64,000 nt of DNA, taken from NCBI GenBank assembly GCA_003215545.1, contig QCKF01000002.1, positions 14,276 to 78,275 of the forward strand, given 5' to 3'. The position numbers and the translations under genes were made by a program. Positions 9,902-21,313 of this stretch are shown here, piece by piece. The stretch's first letter is position 1; each line of letters begins with the position of its first letter. The stretch is from Prochlorococcus sp. AG-409-L14. GTDB taxonomy: Bacteria; Cyanobacteriota; Cyanobacteriia; PCC-6307; Cyanobiaceae. The notes beneath the pieces are model-generated. The model searched no databases. It saw only the letters and a list, made by a program, of their open reading frames with translations, and was not told where the DNA came from.

Positions 9902-10984
9902 TTAGCTGTCTAAAAGTGCTTCTAGTATTTTTGACCCCATTTGAGAGCAACCTAGTTGAGTACTGGATTCCTCTCTGAAATCGCATGTTCTGTATCCAAT
10001 ATTCAAGACTTTTTCCACTGCCTGCTCTAAGGCTTCGCCAGCTTCCTTTTCATTAAGCCCAATTTTTAGCATCATCGCGGCAGAAAGAACCATTGCTATG
10101 GGATTTGCTTTGTCCATACCGGCTATGTCTGGCGCAGATCCATGAACGGGTTCGAATAAACCAGGACCTTTTTCACTTAGTGATGCAGAAGGCAGCATCC
10201 CAATCGAACCAGTCAGCATTGCAGCCTCATCACTAAGAATGTCTCCAAATAGATTGCTTGTAAGAATCACATCAAATTGACTTGGTTCTTTGACAAGCTG
10301 CATTGCTGCGTTATCTACATAGAGATGACTTAATTCAATTGTTTGATGGTTTTTTGCAATTACTTCAACCTGATCTCTCCAAAGTTGACTTACATCTAAT
10401 ACATTTGCTTTGTCAACAGAGCAGACTTTTCTTCTTCTTTTTTCTGCGACCTTAAAAGCTACTTTTGCAATTCTTTCTATTTCTTTTTCTGAGTAGGTCA
10501 TAGTATTAAAAGCTCTTGCTCCGTCTTCAGTGAATACTTTCCCCTTAGGTTGGCCAAAATAAATTCCTCCAGTCAATTCTCTTACAACCAAGAGATCTAC
10601 GTCCTTTATTACATTGGGTTTTAAGCTGCTTGCTTCTACTAAAGCTGGCCAGACTTTTACAGGTCTTAAGTTTGCAAAAAGATTTAGACCTGCCCTTAAC
10701 TCTAGAAGTCCAGTCTCAGGACGTTTTTCTCTTGGTAGATCATCAAAGATTGGGTCACCTATAGCTGCTAGGAGAACAGCATCACTTTCTTGGCATGCTT
10801 TTAAGGTTTTTGGCGGCAAAGGAGAACCTTCAGATTGAATTGCTTTTCCGCCAAAAAGCTGTTCTTGAAGTACTAGCTGAAATCCATGTTTTTGGCTTAC
10901 TGCTTCTAGCAATTTTTTTGTTACAGAGGTGATCTCAGGTCCGATTCCGTCACCTGGCAATAGAACTATTTGATGCTGTCGCAT
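9902..10984 (-). CDS. leuB: 3-isopropylmalate dehydrogenase
   Basis: LPGDGIGPE, RELTGGIYFG, DKANVL, NLFGDILSDEA, EPVHGSAPDIAG. Confidence 0.97.
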   Translation of the reverse strand: MRQHQIVLLPGDGIGPEITSVTKKLLEAVSQKHGFQLVLQEQLFGGKAIQSEGSPLPPKTLKACQESDAVLLAAIGDPIFDDLPREKRPETGLLELRAGLNLFANLRPVKVWPALVEASSLKPNVIKDVDLLVVRELTGGIYFGQPKGKVFTEDGARAFNTMTYSEKEIERIAKVAFKVAEKRRRKVCSVDKANVLDVSQLWRDQVEVIAKNHQTIELSHLYVDNAAMQLVKEPSQFDVILTSNLFGDILSDEAAMLTGSIGMLPSASLSEKGPGLFEPVHGSAPDIAGMDKANPIAMVLSAAMMLKIGLNEKEAGEALEQAVEKVLNIGYRTCDFREESSTQLGCSQMGSKILEALLDS

Positions 10985-11018
10985 TAGAAAGGAAGGAATT
11001 CTTGCATTTATTCAGAGA

Positions 11019-12062
11019 TTACTTAGATAGGTTCCTTTTTAGCTCTTTTAAGCTTTTAGCTATTTCTGGTAGTTGCTTGAAAGTGCTTGAACACCTAAGC
11101 CATAAGCGATTAGGGATGGCTGGGAATCCGCTTATAACTTGCCCCGGATCAATATCGGTGTGAATACCACATTTCGAGCTTGCCACTACATTTGACCCAA
11201 CCTTCACACGGTTAGCCACGCCTACTTGGCCAGCAAGGATCACGTTGTCTCCAATTTGAGCTCCGCCTGCAATGCCTACTTGAGAAGCCATTGCGCAGTT
11301 CTTGCCTGTTTTAACCCCATGACCAATTTGTACAAGGTTGTCTATTTTTGTTCCTTCTCCAATAATTGTTTTGCCAACAGCTGGTCTATCTACAGTTGTT
11401 CCAGATCCAATTTCAACTTCTTTTTCTAGTATGACAATACCGGTTTGAGGCATCTTTCGCCATCCATTTTTTGTAGGTACAAATCCAAATCCTTCTGAAC
11501 CGATAACACTATTAGAATGTATTATGCACTGATCTCCAATTATTGATTTTGGATGAATTACGCAGTTAGCATGTAACTCACTTGCCTCTCCGATTATTAC
11601 ATTGTCGTAAATCACTACTCCTGGGTGAATTATAGAATTTCTACCAATTTTTATATTATTACCAATTGAAACATTGGCTCCTATATATACATTACTTTGT
11701 ATTTCCACATCCAGACCAATAACTGCTGTTGGGTGTACTCCTTCCTTATACTTAACCTTTGGATATAGAAAATCAAGGCTTTCTGCAAAAGCTAATCTTG
11801 GATACTTAAAAACAGCCCAGGCAAGATTTCTCTTTTGAACTACTGATATTAGATCTTTATTATCTGGTAGTAAAATAGCATCGGCTTTAATTTGATTTAG
11901 TTTAAAGCCGAACTTGTTACCTTCTTCGAGAAAAGTGATTTGTTTTTTATGAGCCAGATCCAATGAGGCGGCACTATTAATCTCTGGATCTGATGCAATA
12001 TTATATTCCTGGAGTTCTGACAGGCCTAGCTTCAGGTTATTTATGAGTTCACTGAAAAGCAT
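11019..12062 (-). CDS. lpxD: UDP-3-O-acylglucosamine N-acyltransferase
   Basis: Hexapeptide repeats, [18 protein letters not shown]. Confidence 0.95.
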   Translation of the reverse strand: MLFSELINNLKLGLSELQEYNIASDPEINSAASLDLAHKKQITFLEEGNKFGFKLNQIKADAILLPDNKDLISVVQKRNLAWAVFKYPRLAFAESLDFLYPKVKYKEGVHPTAVIGLDVEIQSNVYIGANVSIGNNIKIGRNSIIHPGVVIYDNVIIGEASELHANCVIHPKSIIGDQCIIHSNSVIGSEGFGFVPTKNGWRKMPQTGIVILEKEVEIGSGTTVDRPAVGKTIIGEGTKIDNLVQIGHGVKTGKNCAMASQVGIAGGAQIGDNVILAGQVGVANRVKVGSNVVASSKCGIHTDIDPGQVISGFPAIPNRLWLRCSSTFKQLPEIAKSLKELKRNLSK

Positions 12063-12098
12063 AATTACAAGATTTTTAATCTTAGGTTGGAATTTTAC

Positions 12099-13193
12099 TT
12101 AGGTAAAAGTCTTACTGGTAATCACCAGAACATCACGATGAACAATAACTGGTGACTTATCAAAAGTTAATGGCTTTGACAAAGCATAACGAATATCTGC
12201 ACTACTCATTGAGCTCAATCCTCGAGCCAACTCTTCGCCATTTGTGTCGAGAATCTTTACAGGTTGATTGGCCTCAAAGTTTCCTTGAATCCCTTTTATT
12301 CCAACTAAAAGAAGAGAAGCACCTCTGTCTTTAATGGCGACACAAGCCCCATGGTCTAGTTCGAGGCTACCAAGAGGGTGTAAAGCGTGTGCCAACCAAC
12401 TTTTGCGATTCCCAAGAGGGATAGGACTTGGATGGAAGATAGTCCCTCCTCTTGAACCGTTAAGTATTTCTCCTAATGATTCAGGATTACGACCATCTGC
12501 TAACTGAACTGTTATTCCACTTTCAGTCGCAATCTTCGCTGCGGCTAACTTCGTTTTAATGCCACCTGTTCCCCAGTTACTATTTTGAGTGTTTTGTTGT
12601 TCAATATTTTTGATCTCACTAGCATTATGTACTTCGGTAATGGGTCTGGCTTCAGGATTATTTCTTGGGTCTGATGAATAGAGTTTGTCTACATCAGTTA
12701 GTAAAATTAATTGATCAGCATCTATTGCTATTGCTACTAATGCTGACAAAGTATCGTTATCCCCAAAGTTTAACTCTTCCGTTGATAAGGTATCGTTTTC
12801 ATTGACTATTGGAATAACATTCCATTCCAATAATTTTTTAAGGGTCATTGATGCATTCCTATAATTATTTCTAGTTTGGAGGTCAGATCTAGTAACAAGG
12901 ACTTGAGCTACGTTGTAATTGTATTTGCGTAGATTGGCTTCATATAGAGCAATTAGGTACCCTTGACCTACAGCAGCAGCAGCTTGAAGGTCAACTATAG
13001 ATTCAGGCCTATTTTTTTTTCCTAGTTGATAACATCCAAGACCAACCGCTCCACTGGTTACAAGGACAACCTGATCACCCTTGCTTTTTGAATCTGCAAT
13101 TGCTTCACTTAAATTTTCTATGACTTTTGTGGTAGATACTTCTTTCGAACCCCTGAGTAAACTAGTTCCTATTTTTATAACCCAAAGTGTCAT
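12099..13193 (-). CDS. proB: Glutamate 5-kinase
   Basis: [38 protein letters not shown] domain. Confidence 0.96.
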   Translation of the reverse strand: MTLWVIKIGTSLLRGSKEVSTTKVIENLSEAIADSKSKGDQVVLVTSGAVGLGCYQLGKKNRPESIVDLQAAAAVGQGYLIALYEANLRKYNYNVAQVLVTRSDLQTRNNYRNASMTLKKLLEWNVIPIVNENDTLSTEELNFGDNDTLSALVAIAIDADQLILLTDVDKLYSSDPRNNPEARPITEVHNASEIKNIEQQNTQNSNWGTGGIKTKLAAAKIATESGITVQLADGRNPESLGEILNGSRGGTIFHPSPIPLGNRKSWLAHALHPLGSLELDHGACVAIKDRGASLLLVGIKGIQGNFEANQPVKILDTNGEELARGLSSMSSADIRYALSKPLTFDKSPVIVHRDVLVITSKTFT

Positions 13194-13699
13194 AATATCT
13201 CGGCTCCAAGTAAGTTTGCGAGGGTCTTTTCTGCTTTTTGTAGGTATTGATTGTCTGTCTCATTTCCATTCTCTCCTATAGGTCTTACTAAAACTGTATA
13301 TAGCCCTAGTCTATTCCCTGCAAGTACATCAGTAAAAATCCTATCACCAATAATAGCTACTTCAGAAGGGCTTAAATTAAACTCATCAAGAAATTTATGC
13401 AATTTTTTTCTTCTAGGTTTTGCGGCAGAAAAAGTATAACTAAGTTTTAGGGCTTTTGCGACAGAACTTATTCTTATCCTTGATGGATTATTGCTTAAAA
13501 GATGAATTAAGAAGAAATTCTTTCCTTCTTTGATCCAGGTATCAATTGAGGGATGAATATCTAAGGATTTTCCGGGTAGAATTGTTTTATCTACATCTAA
13601 TAAAATAGCTTTTATTCCTTTGTCAGTTAAATACTTTATTGAAAGGTGTTGAATAGTCTTTTTCGGCTCCCAGTCAGGGGCTAGCCAATGTTGGCTCAT
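13190..13699 (-). CDS. YqeG-family HAD IIIA phosphatase
   Basis: [30 protein letters not shown]. Confidence 0.9.
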   Translation of the reverse strand: MSQHWLAPDWEPKKTIQHLSIKYLTDKGIKAILLDVDKTILPGKSLDIHPSIDTWIKEGKNFFLIHLLSNNPSRIRISSVAKALKLSYTFSAAKPRRKKLHKFLDEFNLSPSEVAIIGDRIFTDVLAGNRLGLYTVLVRPIGENGNETDNQYLQKAEKTLANLLGAEIL

Positions 13700-14244
13700 T
13701 AGATTGTTGACTCCCTTTCTTCTAGCTCACTTTCTATGAGTGGTTGGATTTCATCAAAATTTTCTCCTTCTACAAGCTGCGCAAGCCCATCATTGATTTC
13801 TGCAACTACGAAAAATGGGTCTAAAGGTATATACAGTCCATATTCTTCATCTTCAACTCGGAAACTTACTAAAAGTTCATAACTCTCAGAATCTTCGTCG
13901 ATATCATCATCATCTTCAAGTTCATCTGGATCTGGCTCATCTAGTTCCCCTGTAACTGTAAGCGTTACAGCTGATCTTATTAATGTTAAATCATGTTCCT
14001 GAAGGACTAGATCAGCAACCTCAAGGATGGGCTCACTAGTCGCAATTGTCTCAATGAGCTCAGGATCTCCTTCATCTTTAAGTCGAAATAGCGATACAGG
14101 GGTATCAACAGGTGTAAGTAGTCCATATTCTTTGCCATTTACTGGTATTAATTGTTCCAGAAAACAAAGTAGGGCAGAACCTTGGCTATCCCTAACGAGG
14201 ATGCTTGGTACTTCGGTTGTATTGCTTGAGCCTTTAGCAGACAT
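13699..14244 (-). CDS. Conserved acidic cyanobacterial protein (DUF3727-like)
   Basis: LLTPVDTP, RSAVTLTV, YIPLDP; usual position between ruvX and yqeG. Confidence 0.75.
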   Translation of the reverse strand: MSAKGSSNTTEVPSILVRDSQGSALLCFLEQLIPVNGKEYGLLTPVDTPVSLFRLKDEGDPELIETIATSEPILEVADLVLQEHDLTLIRSAVTLTVTGELDEPDPDELEDDDDIDEDSESYELLVSFRVEDEEYGLYIPLDPFFVVAEINDGLAQLVEGENFDEIQPLIESELEERESTI

Positions 14245-14311
14245 GGTTGTTCCTTTTGCAAAAATTGGGATTCCAGATGATTAGTAGCTTGGGGTAATGA
14301 TTAAGAAGGGT

Positions 14312-14743
14312 TTAGACAAGTTTTGGTTCTGGCCCTTCTTGTAACCATTGATCAAGAAGCAAGGCAGCTGCAGCACTATCAAGTTGGCCAGTCCCATCTT
14401 TTTTGAGTTGGAATTTATGAGAAGCTGCCCAAGTGCTGCTGTGTTCGTTTACTAGAGCAATTGGCAAGTTAAGAGCTAAAGCTAGACGTTTGCCATATTT
14501 CTCACAATATTTAGCTTGAATTGTATTCATTCCATTTTCATCTAGAGGTATTCCAACTATTAGGCCTTTAGCATTTCTTGTTTGACAGTGAATCCTGACT
14601 TGCTCAAGATCTTGATCAAAGCTTCCTCTTCTTAGGGCTTTTAACGGTGTAATTGTTATGCCTAGAGGATCGCATCCAGCAAGCCCTACTCTTTTTCTTC
14701 CAACATCCAAACTTATTACTGATCTTGGCTTTGGTTTCTCCAT
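14312..14743 (-). CDS. ruvX: YqgF/RuvX nuclease (pre-16S rRNA processing)
   Basis: LDVGRKRVGLA, VGIP, NEHSST, DSAAAALLL. Confidence 0.92.
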   Translation of the reverse strand: MEKPKPRSVISLDVGRKRVGLAGCDPLGITITPLKALRRGSFDQDLEQVRIHCQTRNAKGLIVGIPLDENGMNTIQAKYCEKYGKRLALALNLPIALVNEHSSTWAASHKFQLKKDGTGQLDSAAAALLLDQWLQEGPEPKLV

Positions 14744-14747
14744 TTAA

Positions 14748-15794
14748 CTAACGCGGTGGCAGAAGTGGTGTTGGTAGAGGAGGCTGCTGAGGATTTAGTC
14801 GACCAAGCATGCCTTCCAAGGAACGTTTACCTGGAATAAATTCTGTGTTTAATTTCCGTTTCCATAAGCTTCTGCCAAGTAAAATCTTTTCTCCTTTCTG
14901 TTCCCATCCAATACTATTGAGCAGATTATTAATTTCATTATCAATACTAGAAGTTGCAATTACTATTCTCCTAGATTTAGTTGTAAAATTATCTAAAATT
15001 ATCGGTATTATTTTTAATAGTCTTGAATCCAAAGCAACATCTCTAATAAACTCAAGTTCTTCAAAATTATTATATTTATAGTGGCATAGAAGTCCTGCAA
15101 TTGCTTTCTTAGTATTATTGCTTACTGAAATCAGTACCCCACTATTAGGAGATACCTCGTCAAGGAGATCTATCCACTGTCGATCAAGAATTTGCCTAAG
15201 GTGTATCGATTCTCCAGACTGTTCTAGTGACCAAAGAATTTGAGCGTTACTTCTTGTGATTGCTTGCCATTCGTGCTCTTTAGTTAGGGTTTTTCTGCTA
15301 ATCGATTCGTCGTTATTTTCACGTTGAATTTTCTCCCAGTTTTTTATAACTTTTAATGGTTGAAAACCTAATTCACGAGTTAAGGCAATTTGGTCAGTCT
15401 CGTTTGCCTCAAGCTTAATTATCCAACTTTGAGCTTTAGTATTTCTATGTTCAATTGCAGTTTTCAGTAGTCTTTTGTTTAAAGTTCTAATTGAGCAGTG
15501 TTTTGGATGTTCAAAAATTATTGGCGTAGTAAGTAGCCAGCATGTCGCACGACGGTTATTTGGTTTCACCTCTAATAATGCAATCGGCTTCTTGTCTTCT
15601 ATGGCCACTAAGCAAAAAGGATGTTTCGCAGGTAATAGGTCAGGGAGATTTTTTTCTGCAGTTGTAAGGAGGCTATAAAAGAGCATGGTTTGCAACCAAG
15701 GTAGATTTTTACCTGCCTTGCTATTTGAAAGGATTCGGAAGTGGTTTGGTTGCAGCAATTCCACGCGAAGGGGGCCGCTTGAGTCCTCGATCAC
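14748..15794 (-). CDS. Conserved hypothetical protein, probable degenerate GNAT fold
   Basis: Long ORF in operon; RELGFQPL-type GNAT end motif. Confidence 0.55.
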   Translation of the reverse strand: MIEDSSGPLRVELLQPNHFRILSNSKAGKNLPWLQTMLFYSLLTTAEKNLPDLLPAKHPFCLVAIEDKKPIALLEVKPNNRRATCWLLTTPIIFEHPKHCSIRTLNKRLLKTAIEHRNTKAQSWIIKLEANETDQIALTRELGFQPLKVIKNWEKIQRENNDESISRKTLTKEHEWQAITRSNAQILWSLEQSGESIHLRQILDRQWIDLLDEVSPNSGVLISVSNNTKKAIAGLLCHYKYNNFEELEFIRDVALDSRLLKIIPIILDNFTTKSRRIVIATSSIDNEINNLLNSIGWEQKGEKILLGRSLWKRKLNTEFIPGKRSLEGMLGRLNPQQPPLPTPLLPPR

Positions 15795-15842
15795 GTTGTC
15801 TCGATGTTTATTACCTAAATCTATCTATAACTGAACAAACTG

Positions 15843-17024
15843 CTAGAGCTTTTTTGAAGGTCTGATTAAAACAAGAGGTGTTTGTTCGTTTGCATTTCCT
15901 GCTGGGTTAGATCGGAGTGATTTCTGGAGTATTGATCTATTGCAGCTCTTACTTGAAGCTAGTATTTTGACTTTACCTAGATCGTTCACATCTACAATCG
16001 CCACATGTATACCTAAGGAAGTGGATATTTCTTCGCAAATAATCTGAGTGCAAGTAGGGCCTAAAACTATTGTCTGATCATAAGGAGGTGTTGTACCAGT
16101 TATGTCGTCTATTAATCTTGCTTGCTCACCTGCAAGTCTATAAAAGATACCTTTTATGCGTATAAGCTTTAAGCTTCCTCCAACAATCCAAGCAAGAATT
16201 ACTCTTGTGGGACCTACAACATCAATCAAAGTTTGCATACCACACGCAGTAGCAAGGCTACTTGTAGGATGAAAGCCTCTACATATAACTTTTGATAGCC
16301 AGCTGGGATTTATGTTGCTTGGGTGAAGATAACGTCCTTGCATTATTGCCAAAGGTGTTTCGCCTATTGCAAGTATGTCACCATGTTCTTTGATGCCAGA
16401 TACGTAATGACTAACTACATCGACTACATTGTCTAATGTTCCAAGGAGATGAGTTTTGATTGGTATTAAACTATATTTAGTTTTCGGATCTAATTCTACC
16501 GTTTTTATAACTTTTGGTTTTTTAATAGGTATTACAAACTGATCTACTTTGTAAAGCTTCCCGAATGGACCATAGTTTTGCCATTTTATTTCAATGCTTA
16601 TGTTTTCTACAGGGATAGAAGTGGCTTCACTATAATCTTTATTTTTGAGGGTGATATTCACTTTTATGTTAGTTTTCTTTTTTGGCTTGACTATGTATGC
16701 AGCCCAATAGTTGTCTTGCCTTGCTTCTTCATCTTGATGAAATGGTGTAATAATGGTTTCAATATTAACGTCATCAATCTTACTTCTAGATAATAGCTTT
16801 GTAGTTATTTCAATATTCGGTACCATGACTTCCATAAGGTTATGAGGATTGCTTATTTCAAGCCAACCTTCTGTTTCAATATAAGTACTATTTTCATTAA
16901 CTTTCCACTCAAAGGGTTTCATTACTAGTGGGGAGTATGGCCTTGAATTATGTGTTAACTCAAAAATACCTAAAACTAGGACAATGGAAAAAAGAAAGAA
17001 AATAACTCCAGTCATAAAATTCAA
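15843..17024 (-). CDS. Membrane-anchored F420-0:gamma-glutamyl ligase-like (CofE-like) protein
   Basis: N-terminal TM; IKTH, GETP, IDD, DVNDLG, NPAGNANEQTP motifs. Confidence 0.7.
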   Translation of the reverse strand: MNFMTGVIFFLFSIVLVLGIFELTHNSRPYSPLVMKPFEWKVNENSTYIETEGWLEISNPHNLMEVMVPNIEITTKLLSRSKIDDVNIETIITPFHQDEEARQDNYWAAYIVKPKKKTNIKVNITLKNKDYSEATSIPVENISIEIKWQNYGPFGKLYKVDQFVIPIKKPKVIKTVELDPKTKYSLIPIKTHLLGTLDNVVDVVSHYVSGIKEHGDILAIGETPLAIMQGRYLHPSNINPSWLSKVICRGFHPTSSLATACGMQTLIDVVGPTRVILAWIVGGSLKLIRIKGIFYRLAGEQARLIDDITGTTPPYDQTIVLGPTCTQIICEEISTSLGIHVAIVDVNDLGKVKILASSKSCNRSILQKSLRSNPAGNANEQTPLVLIRPSKKL

Positions 17025-17099
17025 TTTTTAATAAGATCTAGGGCTTGTGAGAAGTAGTAAAAGTTTTTCAAGATCTTGGCATTTTAAAAATTTGCTAAT

Positions 17100-17666
17100 T
17101 TATTTGTTGTATGGCCGTGGATCAGTATATCCATCTTTGGAAGGCTCGCTGCTGTATTCATTGAAGCTTTTGATAGTGATCGAAAAGGATGGTTCATCTA
17201 AACCTGTGGCCTTACTTATTGCCTTGTTAATGGTATCGACAGGTACAAGACCTTCTTCGTCTAGAACAACTTCACCATTGCCATCTATAACTACTATCTG
17301 TGGAATGTTGCCATGCCAGTAATAGGACTCATCTTTTGGATCTTTACTTAGATTATTTTGGAACTCATCTGTTGTTAAAGGTATTAAATCTATAGCTGAA
17401 CCCCACAAAAGCTTTATTCCAGAAACAACTGGAGCGAAAGCTTTGCTTGTTGAGCTGTCGTCAAGGTAAAAAACAATTACGCTAGCTCTATTGTTTTTTA
17501 ATGAGTCTGCAAGTTTTGCTGATGGAGGTACTAGTGAGCCATTACCTGCATAAATTGGAAATATATTCCCGTCATAGCTATTTGTTTCTCTAGCAGCTAC
17601 GACAGAAGAAGCAAACAAGAAAATTGTTAAACACAGGCTCAGGAGTCGCGTGAAGAGATGAGCCAT
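17100..17666 (-). CDS. Thioredoxin-like thylakoid protein (PSI accumulation factor family)
   Basis: Signal peptide, YDGNIFPIYAGNGSLVPP, FYLDDS, cis-Pro-like IPQ. Confidence 0.7.
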   Translation of the reverse strand: MAHLFTRLLSLCLTIFLFASSVVAARETNSYDGNIFPIYAGNGSLVPPSAKLADSLKNNRASVIVFYLDDSSTSKAFAPVVSGIKLLWGSAIDLIPLTTDEFQNNLSKDPKDESYYWHGNIPQIVVIDGNGEVVLDEEGLVPVDTINKAISKATGLDEPSFSITIKSFNEYSSEPSKDGYTDPRPYNK

Positions 17667-17720
17667 TTGAAGAAAAAGAGGGATTGTGGATTTGTGGTGC
17701 CTCGGACACCTTTTATAAAA

Positions 17721-19391
17721 CTAGCTCCTACCAAGGCTTCTTCCCATGCCTTGTGCAATTCCTTTGCCTACGAGGCCTATCGCTCGGCCCACAACTTTTG
17801 TAAGGAAAACAACCATCAGGTCTCCAAAGTGTCTTACTAAAGACTGAAGTTGAGGTGATATTGCATCTCTAGCTTCAACAATAAGGGCAACTTGTTGCTG
17901 CCACCAGCCAAGTTGCCTTAGTTCTTCATCACGTGGCTCTGTAATTGAAACAGTTTTGATCAAACCGTTATTTAATATATAAAGAACTCTTTTGCTTTCA
18001 TAAAGATCTATGGGACGTTGAATATTGCTTATCCAACGATTGTGACTATTAAGCTGATTCCTTAATCTTTCAAGTTCTCTTGTAGAAATCAATTTCGATT
18101 TAAGAAGGTATCTTCTAAGTTCAGGCCACTCACTACATACACCTATAATTTCAGCAGCGATAAGCTCTGCTGTACGTACTAACCAATTATTAAAGTATTT
18201 CTCTAAATGAATTATTGCCCTTGGATCATCAGCAGGTAAAAGAAGTCCTTCTACAACAACAGGCTTATTAAGAACTAGAGGCTCTAGCATCATTTCTTCA
18301 GAGGGAAGTTCTTCATCTTTAGTTTCTAGATCTGAAAATTTAATTAATTGATCTATGACAGAATGACTCTCGCCTTTTAAAGACAATCTTAAGTAATTAC
18401 CGGCAATTTTTCTAAGTGATTCTTGTCTTAATTCTGATTGCAGTGAATTCCAGGATTCCTGAAGCATCTGATCTGTTACATTAGAATTAATGAGGTTTTT
18501 TAAGATTTTGTCTAATTGTTCGATAAGTGCTAGGAATAAATCTTTTTGGCGGGATGGATTCAAACCTTCTATGGCTAAAATTCCGCCACTTAAATTCTGA
18601 ATAGAAGGATTAACTGCCTTTTCTAGATTTCCCTTGATAAGTTGCCAAACTGCTAATGGGTTCCTTTCCTTGAGGCTTAGGCTTGTCCCGAACTTTTCTA
18701 TATTGCCTTCTGATTTGGTTTGCAAGGTTTTTCTATAGGTTTTAAGAGGTGATAAAGCAACTTGAGGTGGTCCCCATAGCCAGAAGAGTAGATTCTTTGC
18801 CGAATTTAACTCTCTTTTTCGACCTTTCGCTAAAGTTAGAAGTAATGGATTTGTAGAGGATTGTTGAAGGAATAAATCTAATGATTTTAGATCCTGATTT
18901 ATCTGCTGTATGCCTGTGATAAGTAACCATTGACCTATTCCCAGTGATATTTCATTTTCAGTTTCATTTAATGCTCCTTGGTCCTTGAGCTTGACAACAC
19001 GTCCTCCCTCTTTAAGAGTATTAATTGCGTCTATAAGTGTTCTCAGATCAGGATCTTGCAATAATCCTGGACTACTAAATCGTAGTAATTCATTTGTACT
19101 TAAACTGATTTGGGCGGGAAGTATTGCCAGTACTGGAGCTGGATCCCAATGGTCTTGGAGTCGCTTCAGTTCAAGTGCGATTGTATTAGGAACTTCAACA
19201 TTTTCTATAGACCAAATAACTAAGCATGGGTGCTCAGTTAATTTCTCACTGTTTAAAAAGACCTTTAATTTTTGGTCTGCATTATTTAGTTGGAACGCTA
19301 GTGACTCTCCAAGTAGATCTGGGGCCAGCAAGAGAATCTGGTTTGATGCTCTGTCTGCCAAGTTGGTCACCAATAAATTATGTAATCTCAA
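17721..19391 (-). CDS. Ycf55/DUF3685-like protein with degenerate receiver domain
   Basis: STRELERLRNQL, RPIDLYES, EARDA, GRAIGLVGKGIAQG. Confidence 0.75.
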   Translation of the reverse strand: MRLHNLLVTNLADRASNQILLLAPDLLGESLAFQLNNADQKLKVFLNSEKLTEHPCLVIWSIENVEVPNTIALELKRLQDHWDPAPVLAILPAQISLSTNELLRFSSPGLLQDPDLRTLIDAINTLKEGGRVVKLKDQGALNETENEISLGIGQWLLITGIQQINQDLKSLDLFLQQSSTNPLLLTLAKGRKRELNSAKNLLFWLWGPPQVALSPLKTYRKTLQTKSEGNIEKFGTSLSLKERNPLAVWQLIKGNLEKAVNPSIQNLSGGILAIEGLNPSRQKDLFLALIEQLDKILKNLINSNVTDQMLQESWNSLQSELRQESLRKIAGNYLRLSLKGESHSVIDQLIKFSDLETKDEELPSEEMMLEPLVLNKPVVVEGLLLPADDPRAIIHLEKYFNNWLVRTAELIAAEIIGVCSEWPELRRYLLKSKLISTRELERLRNQLNSHNRWISNIQRPIDLYESKRVLYILNNGLIKTVSITEPRDEELRQLGWWQQQVALIVEARDAISPQLQSLVRHFGDLMVVFLTKVVGRAIGLVGKGIAQGMGRSLGRS

Positions 19392-19526
19392 GGTAACTAG
19401 GTTTTTGAGAATTCTCCAGTGCTAACTCTTGATTAATTAACTGGGGTTAAAGAATCTTTCTGCCATCTGTTAAAGGGACGAAGGCCTAAGAAAAGAACTT
19501 GCTTTAAAAATAAACTTTAAAAAAGT

Positions 19527-20294
19527 TTAGGCATATTGGTTCGAGCTATTAGGACCATCTGTCAAATCAGTGTTCTTCATTACTTTATTCGCTTCTTCTA
19601 GTTTGATTTTGCCATCGTATAGAGCTCTTCCTACGATAACGCCTTTGACGCCATAATCCTCGAGTGGGACTAGAGACAATAAATCTGCAATGCTACCTAT
19701 ACCCCCTGAGGCAATTATTGGGACATCACTAGCAAGTGCCATCTCCTTCATCGCAGATAGATTTGGTCCTGAAAGTGTTCCGTCGGTTGCAATGTCAGTG
19801 GCAATTATTGCTGCAATTTCTATACCTTTTAGGCTTTCCGCTAATTCAGTAGCATAAACATTGCTATTACTTTCCCACCCTCTAGTAGCGACTTTTCCGT
19901 CCTTTGCATCTATTCCAATTATTATTTTACCTGGAAATTTCTGAGCCAGAGTCTTAATTAATTTTGGTTGCTCGATGGCTGCTGTCCCAAGAATAACCTT
20001 ATCAAGCCCTAATCCCAAAAGGGTTTCCGCACGTTCCATTGTCCGAACCCCTCCACCTAGTTGTATTGGGATGCTTAATGACTCAACTATTGCTCTAATA
20101 TTTTTGTCGTTTATAGGCTTGCCAGTTCTAGCCGCGTCAAGATCTACAAGATGCAATCTAGTAGCGCCTTGCTTTTGCCAGGTAATAGCTTGATCAACAG
20201 GGTCTTGGTTGAATTGAGTGACTTTGTTGTAGTCACCTTGGTTTAGCCTGACACAACTTCCTTGTAGTAGATCAATTGCGGGGATAATTTCCAT
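19527..20294 (-). CDS. hisA: ProFAR isomerase
   Basis: IIPAIDL, VRL.QG, HLVDLD, GGGVR, DGTLSGPN, ASGG, GRALY. Confidence 0.97.
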   Translation of the reverse strand: MEIIPAIDLLQGSCVRLNQGDYNKVTQFNQDPVDQAITWQKQGATRLHLVDLDAARTGKPINDKNIRAIVESLSIPIQLGGGVRTMERAETLLGLGLDKVILGTAAIEQPKLIKTLAQKFPGKIIIGIDAKDGKVATRGWESNSNVYATELAESLKGIEIAAIIATDIATDGTLSGPNLSAMKEMALASDVPIIASGGIGSIADLLSLVPLEDYGVKGVIVGRALYDGKIKLEEANKVMKNTDLTDGPNSSNQYA

Positions 20295-20392
20295 AAGAGA
20301 AGTAAGGCTTTTTGAAAATTATTATCTTTATCATTACTACCTGTTATTTAATAAAAAGGGTTTGAATGGTAACCATTCCATGATTTAAGGCT

Positions 20393-21313
20393 TTGAAAAC
20401 ACTAGTAATGGGTGGGACGCGATTTATTGGGAAGCCAATAGTAGAAAAGCTTCGAAGGCAAGGTCATCAAATTACTATTTTTACCCGTGGTAATAATCCT
20501 GTCCCAGCTGATGTTGAGCATTTGAAAGGCGATAGGAACACTAAGGAAGGTCTCGAAAGCCTTAATGGCAGAGCATTCGATCTAATTATTGACAGTTCAG
20601 CGAGAGAAAAAAGACAAGTACAGCATGTTCTTCAGATGACAGGTGTCCCTAAGCATAGGTTGTTGTTCGTAAGCTCAGCAGGTGTCTATTGTCAATCTTC
20701 GATATTGCCTATAGACGAGAAGGCTGAAATTGATCCATTAAGTCGTCATTTTGGTAAAGCAGAGACTGAAAATTGGTTATTAGAGGAAGGGATACCTTTT
20801 ACTAGCTTTAGACCTACATATATTTATGGTCCCGGAAATTACAATCCAATCGAAAGATGGTTTTTTGATCGAATTTGCAATAATAGACCTGTTCCAATGC
20901 CTGGAGATGGTTCTACGATTACACAACTAGGACACGTTTTAGATCTTTCTCAGGCTATCTGTAGAAGCGTTGATTCCGATATTGCTACTAACCGCATTTA
21001 TAATTGCTCAGGCAAAAAGGCTGTTACATTTTTAGGGCTAATAGAGGCTGCTGCTAAAGCTTGTGGTATAGATCCACAATCTATCAATAAATATTCCTTT
21101 AATCCTTCAACTATAGATCCTAAAGCTCGTAAAATATTTCCTTTGAGATTAACAAATTTTTATACAGATACTTCAAGATTAGAAAGTGATTTAGGATGGA
21201 AATCTAATTTTTCTCTGGAAGAAGGACTCTTGGATAGTTATAATAATGACTATAAATTAAATCCTTCTAATAATCCAGACTTTAGCTCCGATGATTTGTT
21301 GATCCAAGCCTGA
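20393..21313 (+). CDS. NAD-dependent epimerase-fold protein (CSP41/Rap-like)
   Basis: MGGTRFIG, SSAGVY, RPTYIYGPGNY. Confidence 0.85.
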   Translation: MKTLVMGGTRFIGKPIVEKLRRQGHQITIFTRGNNPVPADVEHLKGDRNTKEGLESLNGRAFDLIIDSSAREKRQVQHVLQMTGVPKHRLLFVSSAGVYCQSSILPIDEKAEIDPLSRHFGKAETENWLLEEGIPFTSFRPTYIYGPGNYNPIERWFFDRICNNRPVPMPGDGSTITQLGHVLDLSQAICRSVDSDIATNRIYNCSGKKAVTFLGLIEAAAKACGIDPQSINKYSFNPSTIDPKARKIFPLRLTNFYTDTSRLESDLGWKSNFSLEEGLLDSYNNDYKLNPSNNPDFSSDDLLIQA

